Below are positions 4,407-12,773 of a DNA stretch of 14,635 bases, piece by piece. Source of the stretch: Parcubacteria group bacterium (GTDB lineage: Bacteria > Patescibacteriota > Minisyncoccia > Phycocordibacterales > DATDWN01). Position 1 is the stretch's first letter. Each line of letters begins with the position of its first letter. The stretch is from assembly GCA_040079825.1 (NCBI GenBank), contig JBEBJP010000019.1, forward strand, positions 1-14,635, written 5' to 3'. The notes under the pieces were generated by a model. That model saw only the letters and a program-made list of their open reading frames with translations, was not told the DNA's origin and did not search any database. A program made the position numbers and the translations under genes.

Positions 4407-4990
4407 TACATTTTCTTAATGATTTCCATTGCCTCTCTTTTTGCATATTTTAATTGATAACAACCATTTACTCTTTTTGTTGAAGTAATATACCCAACGA
4501 CTTCAATTCGTTTTTTTAATTCCTCTTGAATCCATTCAAGAAATTTTCTACTGCCAGAAGAAAAGCCTATATAGTACATAAAACTTGAACGCCACCGTGG
4601 ATCCCAATAGCTATAGCTCGACCCGTCACCATCAAAACAACCACGCAAAAAATCAAAGAAATATTTCGGTGGGATTTCAATTTTTCTCAACGTAAGAGAT
4701 TTTTTATTAGTCAATCCAATAGAAAGAAGGAAGTTGTAAAAAATACGATTTTTAAATTGTATTCTTAATGCTTTTCTTCCAAAACCAGAAGATTTTTCAC
4801 CTATTTTAAAATCAACACCAAGACATTTTGAATAATTTTTCAATTATTCCATTTCAATAGATGTCAAATCGATAAGTAACCCATCACAAGATAGATAACC
4901 ATCAGTAGTTATTAGGCCGATTGCATATGCTAAATTTGACCTCCAAGTAACGTCAATAATCTTTTTTGGTTTCGGTCCCCTTTTAACCAT
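4313..4990 (-). pseudogene. Two-motif LAGLIDADG homing endonuclease interrupted by one in-frame TAA (codon 49)
   Basis: The N-terminal piece (4847-4990) reads MVKRGPKPKKIIDVTWRSNLAYAIGLITTDGYLSCDGLLIDLTSIEME and carries motif 1. A TAA follows at 4844-4846. The same frame then continues as LKNYSKCLGV...FFDFLRGCFDGDGSSYSY (motif 2) to 4313. Confidence 0.7.
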
Positions 4991-5042
4991 GTCTAATATT
5001 ATAATATCTCAATGTAATAACGTCTACTAATTTATCCTAATC

Positions 5043-5068
5043 AAAAAACATCCTTTCGGATGTTTTTT
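5043..5068. terminator. Bidirectional intrinsic terminator after rplS
   Basis: AAAAAACATCC-TTTC-GGATGTTTTTT lies 2 nt from the rplS stop (5071-5073). Confidence 0.75.
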
Positions 5069-5070
5069 GA

Positions 5071-5493
5071 TTATTCTTCAGATTCTGTTTTTGCTTCCTC
5101 TGTTGTCTCTTCAACGTCGGCACTTGGAGTATTGTCTGGAAGAGCTCTGATATTTCTCATTTGTCGTCTGATCTCCTTAGCAGCTTTGTCTCTTATGTGA
5201 TATAGCTTTGCTCGTCTAACTTTTGATCTCTTTATAGTTTCTATAGAATCGATCATAGGAGAATATAGAGGGAAGATTTTCTCAACTCCTACACCTGACG
5301 CAACACGTCTCACTGTGAAAGTTGCCCCAGCTTCTTTGCCGTGCTTTACAGCTATTACCAAACCTTCAAAAGCCTGAAGTCTTGTCTTTCCTTTTTCCTG
5401 AATTTTTTGCCAAACACGAATAGAATCGCCTGATCTAATATCAAGTGCTTTTCTGTCAGCTACTTTAACTGGTGACTGAATAGTTGTTTCCAT
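5071..5493 (-). CDS. rplS: 50S ribosomal protein L19 (bL19) with an acidic C-terminal tail
   Basis: IRSGDSIRVWQKIQEKGKTRLQAFEGLVIAVKHGKEAGATFTVRRVASGVGVEKIFPLYSPMIDSIETIKRSKVRRAKLYHIRD matches the conserved bL19 core. Confidence 0.95.
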   Translation of the reverse strand: METTIQSPVKVADRKALDIRSGDSIRVWQKIQEKGKTRLQAFEGLVIAVKHGKEAGATFTVRRVASGVGVEKIFPLYSPMIDSIETIKRSKVRRAKLYHIRDKAAKEIRRQMRNIRALPDNTPSADVEETTEEAKTESEE

Positions 5494-5516
5494 AACCCAA
5501 GTAATCTATCACAGGA

Positions 5517-6254
5517 TTAGTAGCTTTGCAATAGATCCAGGGCGTTCGCAAAATCCGCAGGGTACGGGGCTACTATGGTGTGTGTGTCCCCTTTTTGGTC
5601 AGCAAACGACAGGCAATACGAATGCAGAGCTAGTCTGACAAAACCCAGGTTGTTTTCCCTGTTTGGAGCATAAACCGAGTCGGCCACCAAAGGATAACTA
5701 ATGGCTTTGAAATGCACACGAATCTGGTGGGTCCTACCTGTTTTAGGCTTAACCTCAACAAAAGAATAGTCTTTGTTACTTTTTAAAACTTTGTAATGAG
5801 TCTCCGCTTCTCTTAACTCACCCCTGGCACCCCTTTGAGCCGACCACATTCGGAAATCTTTTGAACTCCTGCCGATAGGACGGTCTATAACGTCTTCTGT
5901 TTTTTTTAATTGACCATAAACAAACGCATGATAAGTTTTTTCTATATTGTGATTCTTAAATTTATCCTTTAAAAATTCAAAAGTTTCTTGATTTTTAGCA
6001 ATCATCATTACACCAGAAGTTTCCCTATCCAAACGATGAACAATACCCGAACGTAGAACGGTTTCTCCGTTTGCTGTTCTTCCGGGCTCGCCAACATCCT
6101 TGATTTGTGGGTAGTTTTTTAATATCCAGTCCACCAGATTTTTCTCTTTGATCTTTCCTGCTTCTTTTGCATGCCCGTCATCATGAACAACCAATCCAGA
6201 CGGTTTGTTTATGACCAAAATATTAGCATCTTCGTACAAAATAGTAGGTTCCAT
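5517..6254 (-). CDS. RluA-family 23S rRNA/tRNA pseudouridine synthase (no S4 domain)
   Basis: ILVINKPSGLVVH, the catalytic motif HRLDRETSGVMMIAK, and TGRTHQIRVH are present. I prefer the ATG at 6254, 1 nt after the uppS stop, over the TTG at 6266 used in the track. Confidence 0.85.
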   Translation of the reverse strand: MEPTILYEDANILVINKPSGLVVHDDGHAKEAGKIKEKNLVDWILKNYPQIKDVGEPGRTANGETVLRSGIVHRLDRETSGVMMIAKNQETFEFLKDKFKNHNIEKTYHAFVYGQLKKTEDVIDRPIGRSSKDFRMWSAQRGARGELREAETHYKVLKSNKDYSFVEVKPKTGRTHQIRVHFKAISYPLVADSVYAPNRENNLGFVRLALHSYCLSFADQKGDTHTIVAPYPADFANALDLLQSY

Positions 6255-6255
6255 A

Positions 6256-6951
6256 TTACTTACCAATTCTTCTTTCCCTGTTACTGTACTCTTCTATAAT
6301 CTTTAAAAATTCTTCTTTATTAAAATCTGGCCACAGTGTTTTTGTAAAAAACAGCTCACTGTAAACTCCTTGCCATGGTAAAAACCCAGACAACCTCATT
6401 TCACCTGAAGTTCTAATAATAATATCTGGATCAGGCATCGGATATGTCTGCAAATTTTTTGCAAAGAAGTCCTCGTTAATATCCTCTATATTTGGATTTT
6501 GCTGGATTATTTTTTTAACTGCCGACAGTATCTCGGCTCTTCCGCCATAGTTTAAAGCGAAGTAAACATTTATACCTGAATTATTTTTTGTTTTTTCAAC
6601 AGATTCAGACAGTGTCCTTTGTAGACCTTCGGAGAAACATGAGAGATCCCCAACATAATGCAAAACACCGTTTTCTTTATTAAAATAATCTAGTTCTTTT
6701 TTTATAAAACCACTGATCAAATCCAGTAGATAAAAAACTTCTTCATCCGAACGTTTCCAGTTCTCTGTAGAAAACGTATAGAAAATAATATGTTTAATAC
6801 CTAGATCATTGGCATCTTTAATGATTGTCTTTAGAGTCTGCCCCCCAGCCTGATGCCCCTTCAATATATGCATCTCGTTTCCCCTGGCCCATCTCCTGTT
6901 ACCGTCCATTATTATACCTACACAATTGGGTATTTTCATTTCTGCACTCAT
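6256..6951 (-). CDS. uppS: Isoprenyl transferase / undecaprenyl-diphosphate synthase
   Basis: GIIMDGNRRWA, FSTENWKR and IRTSGEMRLSGFLPWQ are hallmark cis-prenyltransferase motifs. Confidence 0.92.
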   Translation of the reverse strand: MSAEMKIPNCVGIIMDGNRRWARGNEMHILKGHQAGGQTLKTIIKDANDLGIKHIIFYTFSTENWKRSDEEVFYLLDLISGFIKKELDYFNKENGVLHYVGDLSCFSEGLQRTLSESVEKTKNNSGINVYFALNYGGRAEILSAVKKIIQQNPNIEDINEDFFAKNLQTYPMPDPDIIIRTSGEMRLSGFLPWQGVYSELFFTKTLWPDFNKEEFLKIIEEYSNRERRIGK

Positions 6952-7016
6952 TCGAATAATTGTACATTATTTTGTTGCTTGATAAAAGAGGATTAATGAT
7001 GTAATCTAAAAACATT

Positions 7017-7090
7017 GCGGGATTAGCTCAGTTGGTTAGAGCAATTCATTTACACTGAATAGGCCGGGGGTTCGAGTCCTCCATCCCGCA
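7017..7090 (+). tRNA. tRNA-Val (anticodon TAC)
   Basis: Acceptor GCGGGAT pairs with ATCCCGC. D arm is GCTC-AGTTGGTTA-GAGC. Anticodon arm is ATTCA-TTTACAC-TGAAT. T arm is GGGGG-TTCGAGT-CCTCC. No CCA is encoded. Confidence 0.92.
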
Positions 7091-7155
7091 CAAGTCATAG
7101 ATATTTTGCTAGTAAATCACTCGCAAAATTCTACGACCCTGCCTCGCTCAAATAT

Positions 7156-7227
7156 GCTCTCGTAGTTCAATGGATAGAACAGAGCTCTTCTAAGGCTTTG
7201 ATGTAGGTTCGATTCCTGCCGAGAGCA
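7156..7227 (+). tRNA. tRNA-Arg (anticodon TCT)
   Basis: Acceptor GCTCTCG pairs with CGAGAGC. D arm is GTTC-AATGGATA-GAAC. The anticodon loop is CTTCTAA. T arm is GTAGG-TTCGATT-CCTGC. Confidence 0.9.
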
Positions 7228-7230
7228 CAA

Positions 7231-7274
7231 CAAGCATGAAAAAAACTGGATCATTCCAGTTTTTTTCATGCTTG
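7231..7274. terminator. Long bidirectional intrinsic terminator shared by the tRNA pair (+) and the pil operon (-)
   Basis: CAAGCATGAAAAAAACTGGA-TCAT-TCCAGTTTTTTTCATGCTTG is a perfect 20-bp stem containing A and T runs. Confidence 0.8.
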
Positions 7275-7304
7275 CATCAATTGTTTTTTAACTCAAATAT
7301 ATTT

Positions 7305-7640
7305 CTAAAAAGAAGGATCTGGAGGTATGTTTTTGTCATTTTTTATCGCTTCTAAAGACTCTGCCCTAGAGTTTATACCATCTACGACTTTTTTTATAAG
7401 CTTCTCATCTAGTTTTAACTCCTTACTCATTTCATCATAGTCAGAAACAAAGAGTCGGTTGTTATCTACCTCCACATAAATATAGAACGCAAAAGACAAC
7501 ATAGCTAAAATCAAAATAAAACTTAGTACAAACATAATACTCCAATCTCGTTTTGGTCTATAGCCCTGTGGTTTGTAGGATACTTTTTTTACCCCCGTGT
7601 CTCCAAACCAACTTTTTAACTTTTGTAAAATTTTATTCAT
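7305..7640 (-). CDS. Small single-pass membrane protein, last gene of the pil-like operon
   Basis: The ORF has one hydrophobic segment (WSIMFVLSFILILAMLSFAFYIYV). It is tightly coupled to the upstream ORF, whose stop is at 7642. No motif was recognised. Confidence 0.5.
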   Translation of the reverse strand: MNKILQKLKSWFGDTGVKKVSYKPQGYRPKRDWSIMFVLSFILILAMLSFAFYIYVEVDNNRLFVSDYDEMSKELKLDEKLIKKVVDGINSRAESLEAIKNDKNIPPDPSF

Positions 7641-7641
7641 A

Positions 7642-8196
7642 TTATTTGTACTTCAACAAATATACCTCAAACTGACTTTGCCATTCGGTCTTCTTTTTAT
7701 TTGTACCTAAAGAAACTTCCTGACCCAAGATTGAAAATTGGGAAACTTTTATTTTAAGTGGAAGTGACTCTATTTGATTCAAGAACCTATAAGTATCAGC
7801 CCAACTACCTCTGGTTTTTGCACGAATTTTGAAAATTACGACACCGCTCGCCAAAGTTCTAGGCTGATCTTCTAGCAAAAGCGACTCTATTTCCAACTCC
7901 AAATCGTTTGAGTTAGCCAACAATTCAAAATCCTCAATAAACTGAATATCACCGCCGTAAGGAATGATGGAGTTGTTTATGTTGGCAATATCAGAACTGA
8001 TACTTTCTATTTTATTTTTTGTTGAAATAGCATACTTTTCCGCTTCTTCCTGAAGGGACAGTTCATGCGTTAGTTTAGAAATATGACGGCTTCTATTTTT
8101 TATATCCAAATACAAAGCATAATAAAATCCAATAATTATAAAAACTACTAGTGTAAGAGTTGCCAATATTCTTTTTAATGGTTTACCTCTAGACAT
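7642..8196 (-). CDS. PilO-like type IV pilus assembly protein
   Basis: An N-terminal TM helix is followed by a coiled-coil segment. The gene sits directly after pilN-like and pilM-like genes. The call rests on architecture and position only. Confidence 0.45.
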   Translation of the reverse strand: MSRGKPLKRILATLTLVVFIIIGFYYALYLDIKNRSRHISKLTHELSLQEEAEKYAISTKNKIESISSDIANINNSIIPYGGDIQFIEDFELLANSNDLELEIESLLLEDQPRTLASGVVIFKIRAKTRGSWADTYRFLNQIESLPLKIKVSQFSILGQEVSLGTNKKKTEWQSQFEVYLLKYK

Positions 8197-8200
8197 GTTT

Positions 8201-8740
8201 TTATGAACCTATGGTCATTGTTATTGAAAATTTTATATCTCTATCTTTTGTAAAATTTGAAATTGGCGAATCTATTTTTTTAAAAGAATGAGTATCTTCT
8301 AGTCCCTTTATAAAATCTGACAGAGACTCTCTGGTAGCAGAAACACCTTGTATGATCATTATAGATGATGAAGCTGTATTTGATTTGTAGGCAAATTGAT
8401 TTATTTTTATATAACGTGACTTATTTGTTAGAACGGTGTTTATAACTGGAACCACTTCTTTATACTCTAGAGTTGCATTGATCACACCAACTTTCTGGTT
8501 AACTGATTTTATTATGGATTTAGTTGAACTTGCACTCAAGACTGAAATTGAATTATTCATTTTGTCTGATTGCAGGATCAAATCTTTCTCTCTATAAAAT
8601 GAAGTTAACCATGATGGTAAAATAAACACTATAAAAACCACCTGAATAAACAAAATAAAATATAGTATTGTTATAAACCTTCGAAGTCTGTACTCCGATT
8701 TTATTTTATTTTTTAATTCATCAGGAAGAAGATTGGACAT
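8201..8740 (-). CDS. pilN: PilN-like type IV pilus assembly protein
   Basis: The N-terminal NLLPDE motif is followed by a TM helix (FITILYFILFIQVVFIVFILP). The gene lies immediately downstream of pilM. Confidence 0.6.
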   Translation of the reverse strand: MSNLLPDELKNKIKSEYRLRRFITILYFILFIQVVFIVFILPSWLTSFYREKDLILQSDKMNNSISVLSASSTKSIIKSVNQKVGVINATLEYKEVVPVINTVLTNKSRYIKINQFAYKSNTASSSIMIIQGVSATRESLSDFIKGLEDTHSFKKIDSPISNFTKDRDIKFSITMTIGS

Positions 8741-8744
8741 GATT

Positions 8745-9713
8745 TTATATTAAAATATTTACAGGTAGTGCTAGGCCAATAGCCGCGGAGTATTTCAAGG
8801 AATCGGTATGCGAAATAGCTGGAATGTCAGTTTTTATATCAAAGGCGTTTGTCCAAACATTTCCCAAAATCACTTTGGTCTGATGATTGGATGCTAAATA
8901 TGGAATAATTGATTCTGAAAAATTCTCTCCTGAGATAATAATCTGACTTATCTTTCTCTCCTCTTTATCTGCATTGTCTTTCAATAAATGCCAGTAAGCA
9001 AAAAGTCTTTTTATCTCTTGCGAAAGAAAATCTGGATTGTTAGAAACATCACCCTTTATGTTTACTGTAGAAGTAAAACGAACAACTCGGTCACTTGCGA
9101 CATACAGACCAACTTTTTCTGGACCAAAATGCACGATCAAAACAGTGTCGTCGCTATCTGGTGGCAGAAGACATCTTGCTATAGCTTGAGATTCTACTTC
9201 CATAGATAATGGATAAAGACCTGCACTGTTTGTAATACCCACATAACTTTCAACAACAGTTATCGGTAATGTAGAAACAGCTACGTCTATATGACCAGCT
9301 TCATCGTGCTCTATGAGTTTGTAGTCAAATATCAACTCACTCGGAGATACTGGTACATTTTCTTCTATCTTGGACTCTATTGCCTCTTTTATTTCACTCG
9401 GTTTAACCAAAGGTATCTTTGTTGTAAAAAGATAAGCTTTCTCTTCTGGTAAAGAAACTTTTACATAAGTTAAATCAAGATCCTTCTTCAATTCCTGAAG
9501 TATCGTTGTTAGAACTTCTTTGTCGTTGACCTCGCCTGAAGTAATAACTCCTTTTGGTACAACTTTCTCACCGTATTTTTTTATATGTAACCTACCCCAC
9601 TTGTTTTCAAACTGAATACAATGTATCGAGTTGTCAGAAATAGATAATCCAGCAAACGGAATGTCTAGAAACTTTGGTGGAGGAAAAGCATCAAATATTT
9701 TATTAAAGTTCAT
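8745..9713 (-). CDS. pilM: PilM-like type IV pilus assembly ATPase-fold protein
   Basis: The length and sequence pattern are actin-like (AGLSISDNSIHCIQF...VKVSLPEEKAYLFTTKIP...ELIFDYKLI), and PilN/O-like genes follow. The ATG at 9713 (MNFNKIF..) is preferred over the TTG at 9740 used in the track. Confidence 0.75.
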   Translation of the reverse strand: MNFNKIFDAFPPPKFLDIPFAGLSISDNSIHCIQFENKWGRLHIKKYGEKVVPKGVITSGEVNDKEVLTTILQELKKDLDLTYVKVSLPEEKAYLFTTKIPLVKPSEIKEAIESKIEENVPVSPSELIFDYKLIEHDEAGHIDVAVSTLPITVVESYVGITNSAGLYPLSMEVESQAIARCLLPPDSDDTVLIVHFGPEKVGLYVASDRVVRFTSTVNIKGDVSNNPDFLSQEIKRLFAYWHLLKDNADKEERKISQIIISGENFSESIIPYLASNHQTKVILGNVWTNAFDIKTDIPAISHTDSLKYSAAIGLALPVNILI

Positions 9714-9763
9714 CCACTCAATTATATAACAAAGAAACAATAAATACAGGGATAAATAGTTTT

Positions 9764-10105
9764 TTATTTAACAGAACTACCTGGAACAACATCACTTCCT
9801 GTTTCCAAAAGAGAAAAATATTTATTTTCACCGACTACACCAGAAACTGCCATTATCATACCCTGACTTTCTAGTCCCATAATCATTCGAGGTTCTAGGT
9901 TTGCGACAAATGCACATTTTTTACCAACCAAATCTTTTGGATCAGAGAAAAATTGTTTTATTCCAGAGACAATTTGTCTAGGAGACTCTTCCCCCATGTC
10001 CACAGTCAACTTGTATAGCTTATCTGAACCAACTATCTCTTCAGCATTCACTATGTGGCCTATTTTTATTTCTACTTTTTTAAAATCATCTATTGATATA
10101 GTCAT
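9764..10105 (-). CDS. tRNA-binding domain protein (CsaA/Trbp111/MetRS C-terminal-like)
   Basis: FKKVEIKIGHIVNAEEIVGSDKLYKLTVDMGEE.PRQIVSGIKQFF..DLVGKKCAFVANLEPRMIMGLESQGMIMA is the classical OB-fold tRNA-binding domain pattern. Confidence 0.8.
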   Translation of the reverse strand: MTISIDDFKKVEIKIGHIVNAEEIVGSDKLYKLTVDMGEESPRQIVSGIKQFFSDPKDLVGKKCAFVANLEPRMIMGLESQGMIMAVSGVVGENKYFSLLETGSDVVPGSSVK

Positions 10106-10106
10106 A

Positions 10107-10535
10107 TTATTTGTTTTTGTTAATGTCTAAAAAGCTTCTTAATATTATCGCAGCAGCACTAGCGTCATGCATTTTATTTATCACCTCACGACTTCTTAGT
10201 CTAGTCCCTGTCGGCATGCGTCTTGTCTGTGTACGCTCTGCTTCTTCTGAAGTCATAAACTCTGGATGCAAGTGGACCTGCAAACCAGACCTGGCTTTTA
10301 GACTTTCTACAAAAGGTTTTATGTCTCGCATTATTTTATTTTCATTTTGCGAAAAATCTAGAGACTCACCCACCACGATCTCCCCAACCTCCTTATCTTT
10401 ACATATATCTAAAATATCACTTACCAAGTTTTCAGAATTTATAATAACTTTTAACGGCATAGCCAAAAGTCCCGATTCATCGGAAAGTGCTACCCCAACC
10501 CTTTTAGAGCCATAATCAATACCCATATACCTCAT
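10107..10535 (-). CDS. ruvX: Holliday junction resolvase-like protein RuvX/YqgF
   Basis: GIDYGSKRVGVALSD at the N-terminus, VVGESLDFSQNE and SEEAE match the YqgF family. Confidence 0.88.
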   Translation of the reverse strand: MRYMGIDYGSKRVGVALSDESGLLAMPLKVIINSENLVSDILDICKDKEVGEIVVGESLDFSQNENKIMRDIKPFVESLKARSGLQVHLHPEFMTSEEAERTQTRRMPTGTRLRSREVINKMHDASAAAIILRSFLDINKNK

Positions 10536-10587
10536 AAAGATAGTCTAACTTAAACTAAAAACAATTGCATTATGGCCTGATTTTGCT

Positions 10588-10824
10588 ATGATGTCCCACA
10601 TGAACCAAGTGGCAACACTAAACGATTCCACTCTATGGCTTATAGTCATATTGACTATACTTTCATTGCCATGGAAAGGTATTGCACTATGGAAAGCAGC
10701 ACAACTTTCACATAAAAAATGGTTCGTTATTTTACTTATTACGAATACTGTAGCTATTTTGGATATAATATATATCTTCTATGTTGCAAGAAAATACAAA
10801 GTAGAAATATTGGAAGAAAAATAA
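10588..10824 (+). CDS. Small two-TM membrane protein, DUF5652-like
   Basis: PWKGIALWKAAQLSHKKWFVILLITNTVAILDIIYIFY resembles the DUF5652 pattern as I recall it. The family name is from memory and has not been searched. Confidence 0.55.
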   Translation: MMSHMNQVATLNDSTLWLIVILTILSLPWKGIALWKAAQLSHKKWFVILLITNTVAILDIIYIFYVARKYKVEILEEK

Positions 10825-10829
10825 AATAC

Positions 10830-10914
10830 GGAGGTGTCGCATAGTGGTCGAGTGCACCCGTCTTGAAAACGGGAGAGCCGCAAGGTTCCGTGAGTTCGAA
10901 TCTCACCGCCTCCG
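10830..10914 (+). tRNA. tRNA-Ser (anticodon TGA), type II
   Basis: Acceptor GGAGGTG pairs with CGCCTCC. Anticodon arm is CCCGT-CTTGAAA-ACGGG. There is a long variable arm. T arm is GTGAG-TTCGAAT-CTCAC. The discriminator is G. Confidence 0.92.
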
Positions 10915-11196
10915 CAACGTAATATCATCGGTCTGCCTTGCCATTAAATTGAATGGAGAACGCAAGGAAAACTCTAGCTTTTTTCCGTTTAATACACAGT
11001 TAGAAAGTAGGAAACCCAAAAGTTGTCTCTTTTCACTGACTTCAGAACTTATAAAGATTTCTTTTGCTCGTTTAGCTAGATTTAACACAGTGCCTGCACT
11101 GATATAAAACTGTTCATCAGCATCAGAGTGGTCTTTCATCTGTTCAAGTATTTCTGCTTGTCTGGATTTGTAATCTCTTAAATAATTGTCATACAT
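10903..11196 (-). pseudogene. C-terminal remnant of a second large serine recombinase, running into the 3' end of tRNA-Ser
   Basis: The ORF track protein ...ISSEVSEKRQLLGFLLSNCVLNGKKLEFSLRSPFNLMA... parallels the C-terminal end of the intact recombinase (AKEIFGSNLLLGEKTL.....P....SLA). No catalytic or zinc-ribbon part lies upstream. The stop codon lies inside the tRNA (10903-10905). Confidence 0.55.
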
Positions 11197-11273
11197 TTCT
11201 TCTGTAATTCACAAGCAGAAAAACAAAATACGAACGCAGAGCAACGAATATAATTAAAAGCTATAATAAAACT

Positions 11274-11699
11274 ATGTCTATAGAAAAAACTGGGGAATTT
11301 ACAAGAGAAAATGAGTTGCCTGAAAATGTTTCTGGTCAGGAAAAAAGTCCTAATGACCAGCTATTTGAAATCTATTCAGGAATACAGATACAAAATACTC
11401 ATCCAAGTTTTAGCGAGAAGCCCGAAGATACTTTTTATTGGAAAGGAGACAGATTGGAAGCTGTAAAACAAGGGTTAGCGACAATAGAAGATTTATCTGT
11501 TCAAAATCAAATTTCAGAAGTTGTAAGTCCTTTTAATAGTGAAGAAAGAGTAAATGTGCAACCCTTTATTGATAAAGTTAAAAGGTCTATTGAGTACTCG
11601 GAACAAATAAATGAACAATTAAAAACTCAACCTGAAGTTTCTGATGAGGAAAAAGCTAGACGGAAAGCGGAGATAAGAAAAAGACTCTTGGGAGAATAG
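11274..11699 (+). CDS. Hypothetical acidic protein (141 aa)
   Basis: ORF only. TATAAT lies 6 nt upstream of the ATG, suggesting a leaderless or very short leader mRNA. Confidence 0.45.
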   Translation: MSIEKTGEFTRENELPENVSGQEKSPNDQLFEIYSGIQIQNTHPSFSEKPEDTFYWKGDRLEAVKQGLATIEDLSVQNQISEVVSPFNSEERVNVQPFIDKVKRSIEYSEQINEQLKTQPEVSDEEKARRKAEIRKRLLGE

Positions 11700-11709
11700 A
11701 TAACCTATA

Positions 11710-12474
11710 TTACTTCTTCAGCAAACGAAAAATAGTGAACTCGGGTAGCTTTGTAAGTTTTTTATATTTCTCTGGAAACTCACTTTTCATACCTTCAGTT
11801 GGCATTGGGTCAATGATTTGCTCAATCAAAAAGCCAGAAGAATGTATCTCGGCTGAGATTTCTGCATACGATTTTCTCCAACAGGTAATTGTGTTTTTAC
11901 CAAAACCATCTGGAAGTTTCTTTCTTGCAACATAATCGCCTGTAATCTTATATTCTTTGGTTTCTTTATTTTTTACAAGTTCAAGCTTATTAACCCAATC
12001 CGTATCAGTATTTGCTCCATCCATTGCATATTTCACTGGATGACCGCAAGAAAATAGAAAATATGAATTTGGTTTCAATACCCGATACACTTCTTTGAAA
12101 ACCGTTGTCCAATCTTCAATGTAGTGTATAGCAAGACTGGAATAAGCAAAATCAAAAGTAGAGTCTGAAAAATCAAGGTGTTCCATATCCATTACTTTGA
12201 ACTCACACTCAGGATGAACTTCTTTTGCAAGTTTTATCTGTTCTGAAGAAATATCAATTCCTACTGACTTATCTGCACCTAAGCTTTTTAGGTAGGCACT
12301 GTCTGTTCCTGCCCCACAACCCAGACTTAATACAGTATTACCTTTTATATCAGGAATAAGCCCATACATTGCAGGTTTCTCATAAAACTGATGGTAAGGA
12401 GAGCTACTACTATCGGCAGTATAGTCTCTGGCGTTCGCATTGTACCAATCTATACTGTTTTTATCTGTAGACAT
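11710..12474 (-). CDS. Class I SAM-dependent methyltransferase
   Basis: Motif I is VLSLGCGAGTDSAYL. It is followed by GIDISSEQIKLAK and FDFAYSSLAIHYI, the typical Methyltransf_11/25 arrangement. Confidence 0.85.
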   Translation of the reverse strand: MSTDKNSIDWYNANARDYTADSSSSPYHQFYEKPAMYGLIPDIKGNTVLSLGCGAGTDSAYLKSLGADKSVGIDISSEQIKLAKEVHPECEFKVMDMEHLDFSDSTFDFAYSSLAIHYIEDWTTVFKEVYRVLKPNSYFLFSCGHPVKYAMDGANTDTDWVNKLELVKNKETKEYKITGDYVARKKLPDGFGKNTITCWRKSYAEISAEIHSSGFLIEQIIDPMPTEGMKSEFPEKYKKLTKLPEFTIFRLLKK

Positions 12475-12649
12475 ATAGCAGAGTATACTAAAAAATTGCT
12501 TAAAGGTTAAGGATTTAGAGAGGTAAATAATTTAATTTGCAGATATGTTCACAAATTGAGATACTGGAAACAAGCTGATGTACTTCAAATCCTGTTGTAT
12601 ACTCTTCCAATTCACAGTTCTGAACGCATCTAACCACTCCCGCATAAAG

Positions 12650-12674
12650 AAAACCCGAAAGGGTTTTTCTTTTT
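12650..12674 (+). terminator. Orphan terminator-like hairpin in the intergenic region upstream of the VOC gene
   Basis: AAAACCC-GAAA-GGGTTTT is followed by TCTTTTT on the + strand. There is no + strand gene upstream. Flanking bases can extend the stem (CCACTCCC at 12634-12641 with GGGTGG at 12675-12680). Confidence 0.4.
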
Positions 12675-12773
12675 GGGTGGCAAGCAAAGTGTGGCAGTCT
12701 GACCAAACCTCTCTTCTTCCATTCAATAGCGTAACAACGTACAATTAATCGATAACTTTAAAACATAAAAAAT

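Noticed and set aside
7103-7129. 7-bp inverted repeat ATTTTGC..GCAAAAT in the spacer between tRNA-Val and tRNA-Arg
   Set aside because: It is short, AT-rich and has a 13-nt loop. It is most simply a processing or spacer hairpin in a co-transcribed tRNA pair and is not noteworthy.
8988-9209. + strand ORF of 73 aa inside pilM
   Set aside because: It is antisense to a supported gene and has no motif.
10111-10515. + strand ORF of 134 aa
   Set aside because: It is fully antisense to ruvX, whose YqgF motifs are clear.
10844-11107. + strand ORF of 87 aa
   Set aside because: It starts inside tRNA-Ser and runs antisense to the recombinase remnant. It is an artefact of the open frame.
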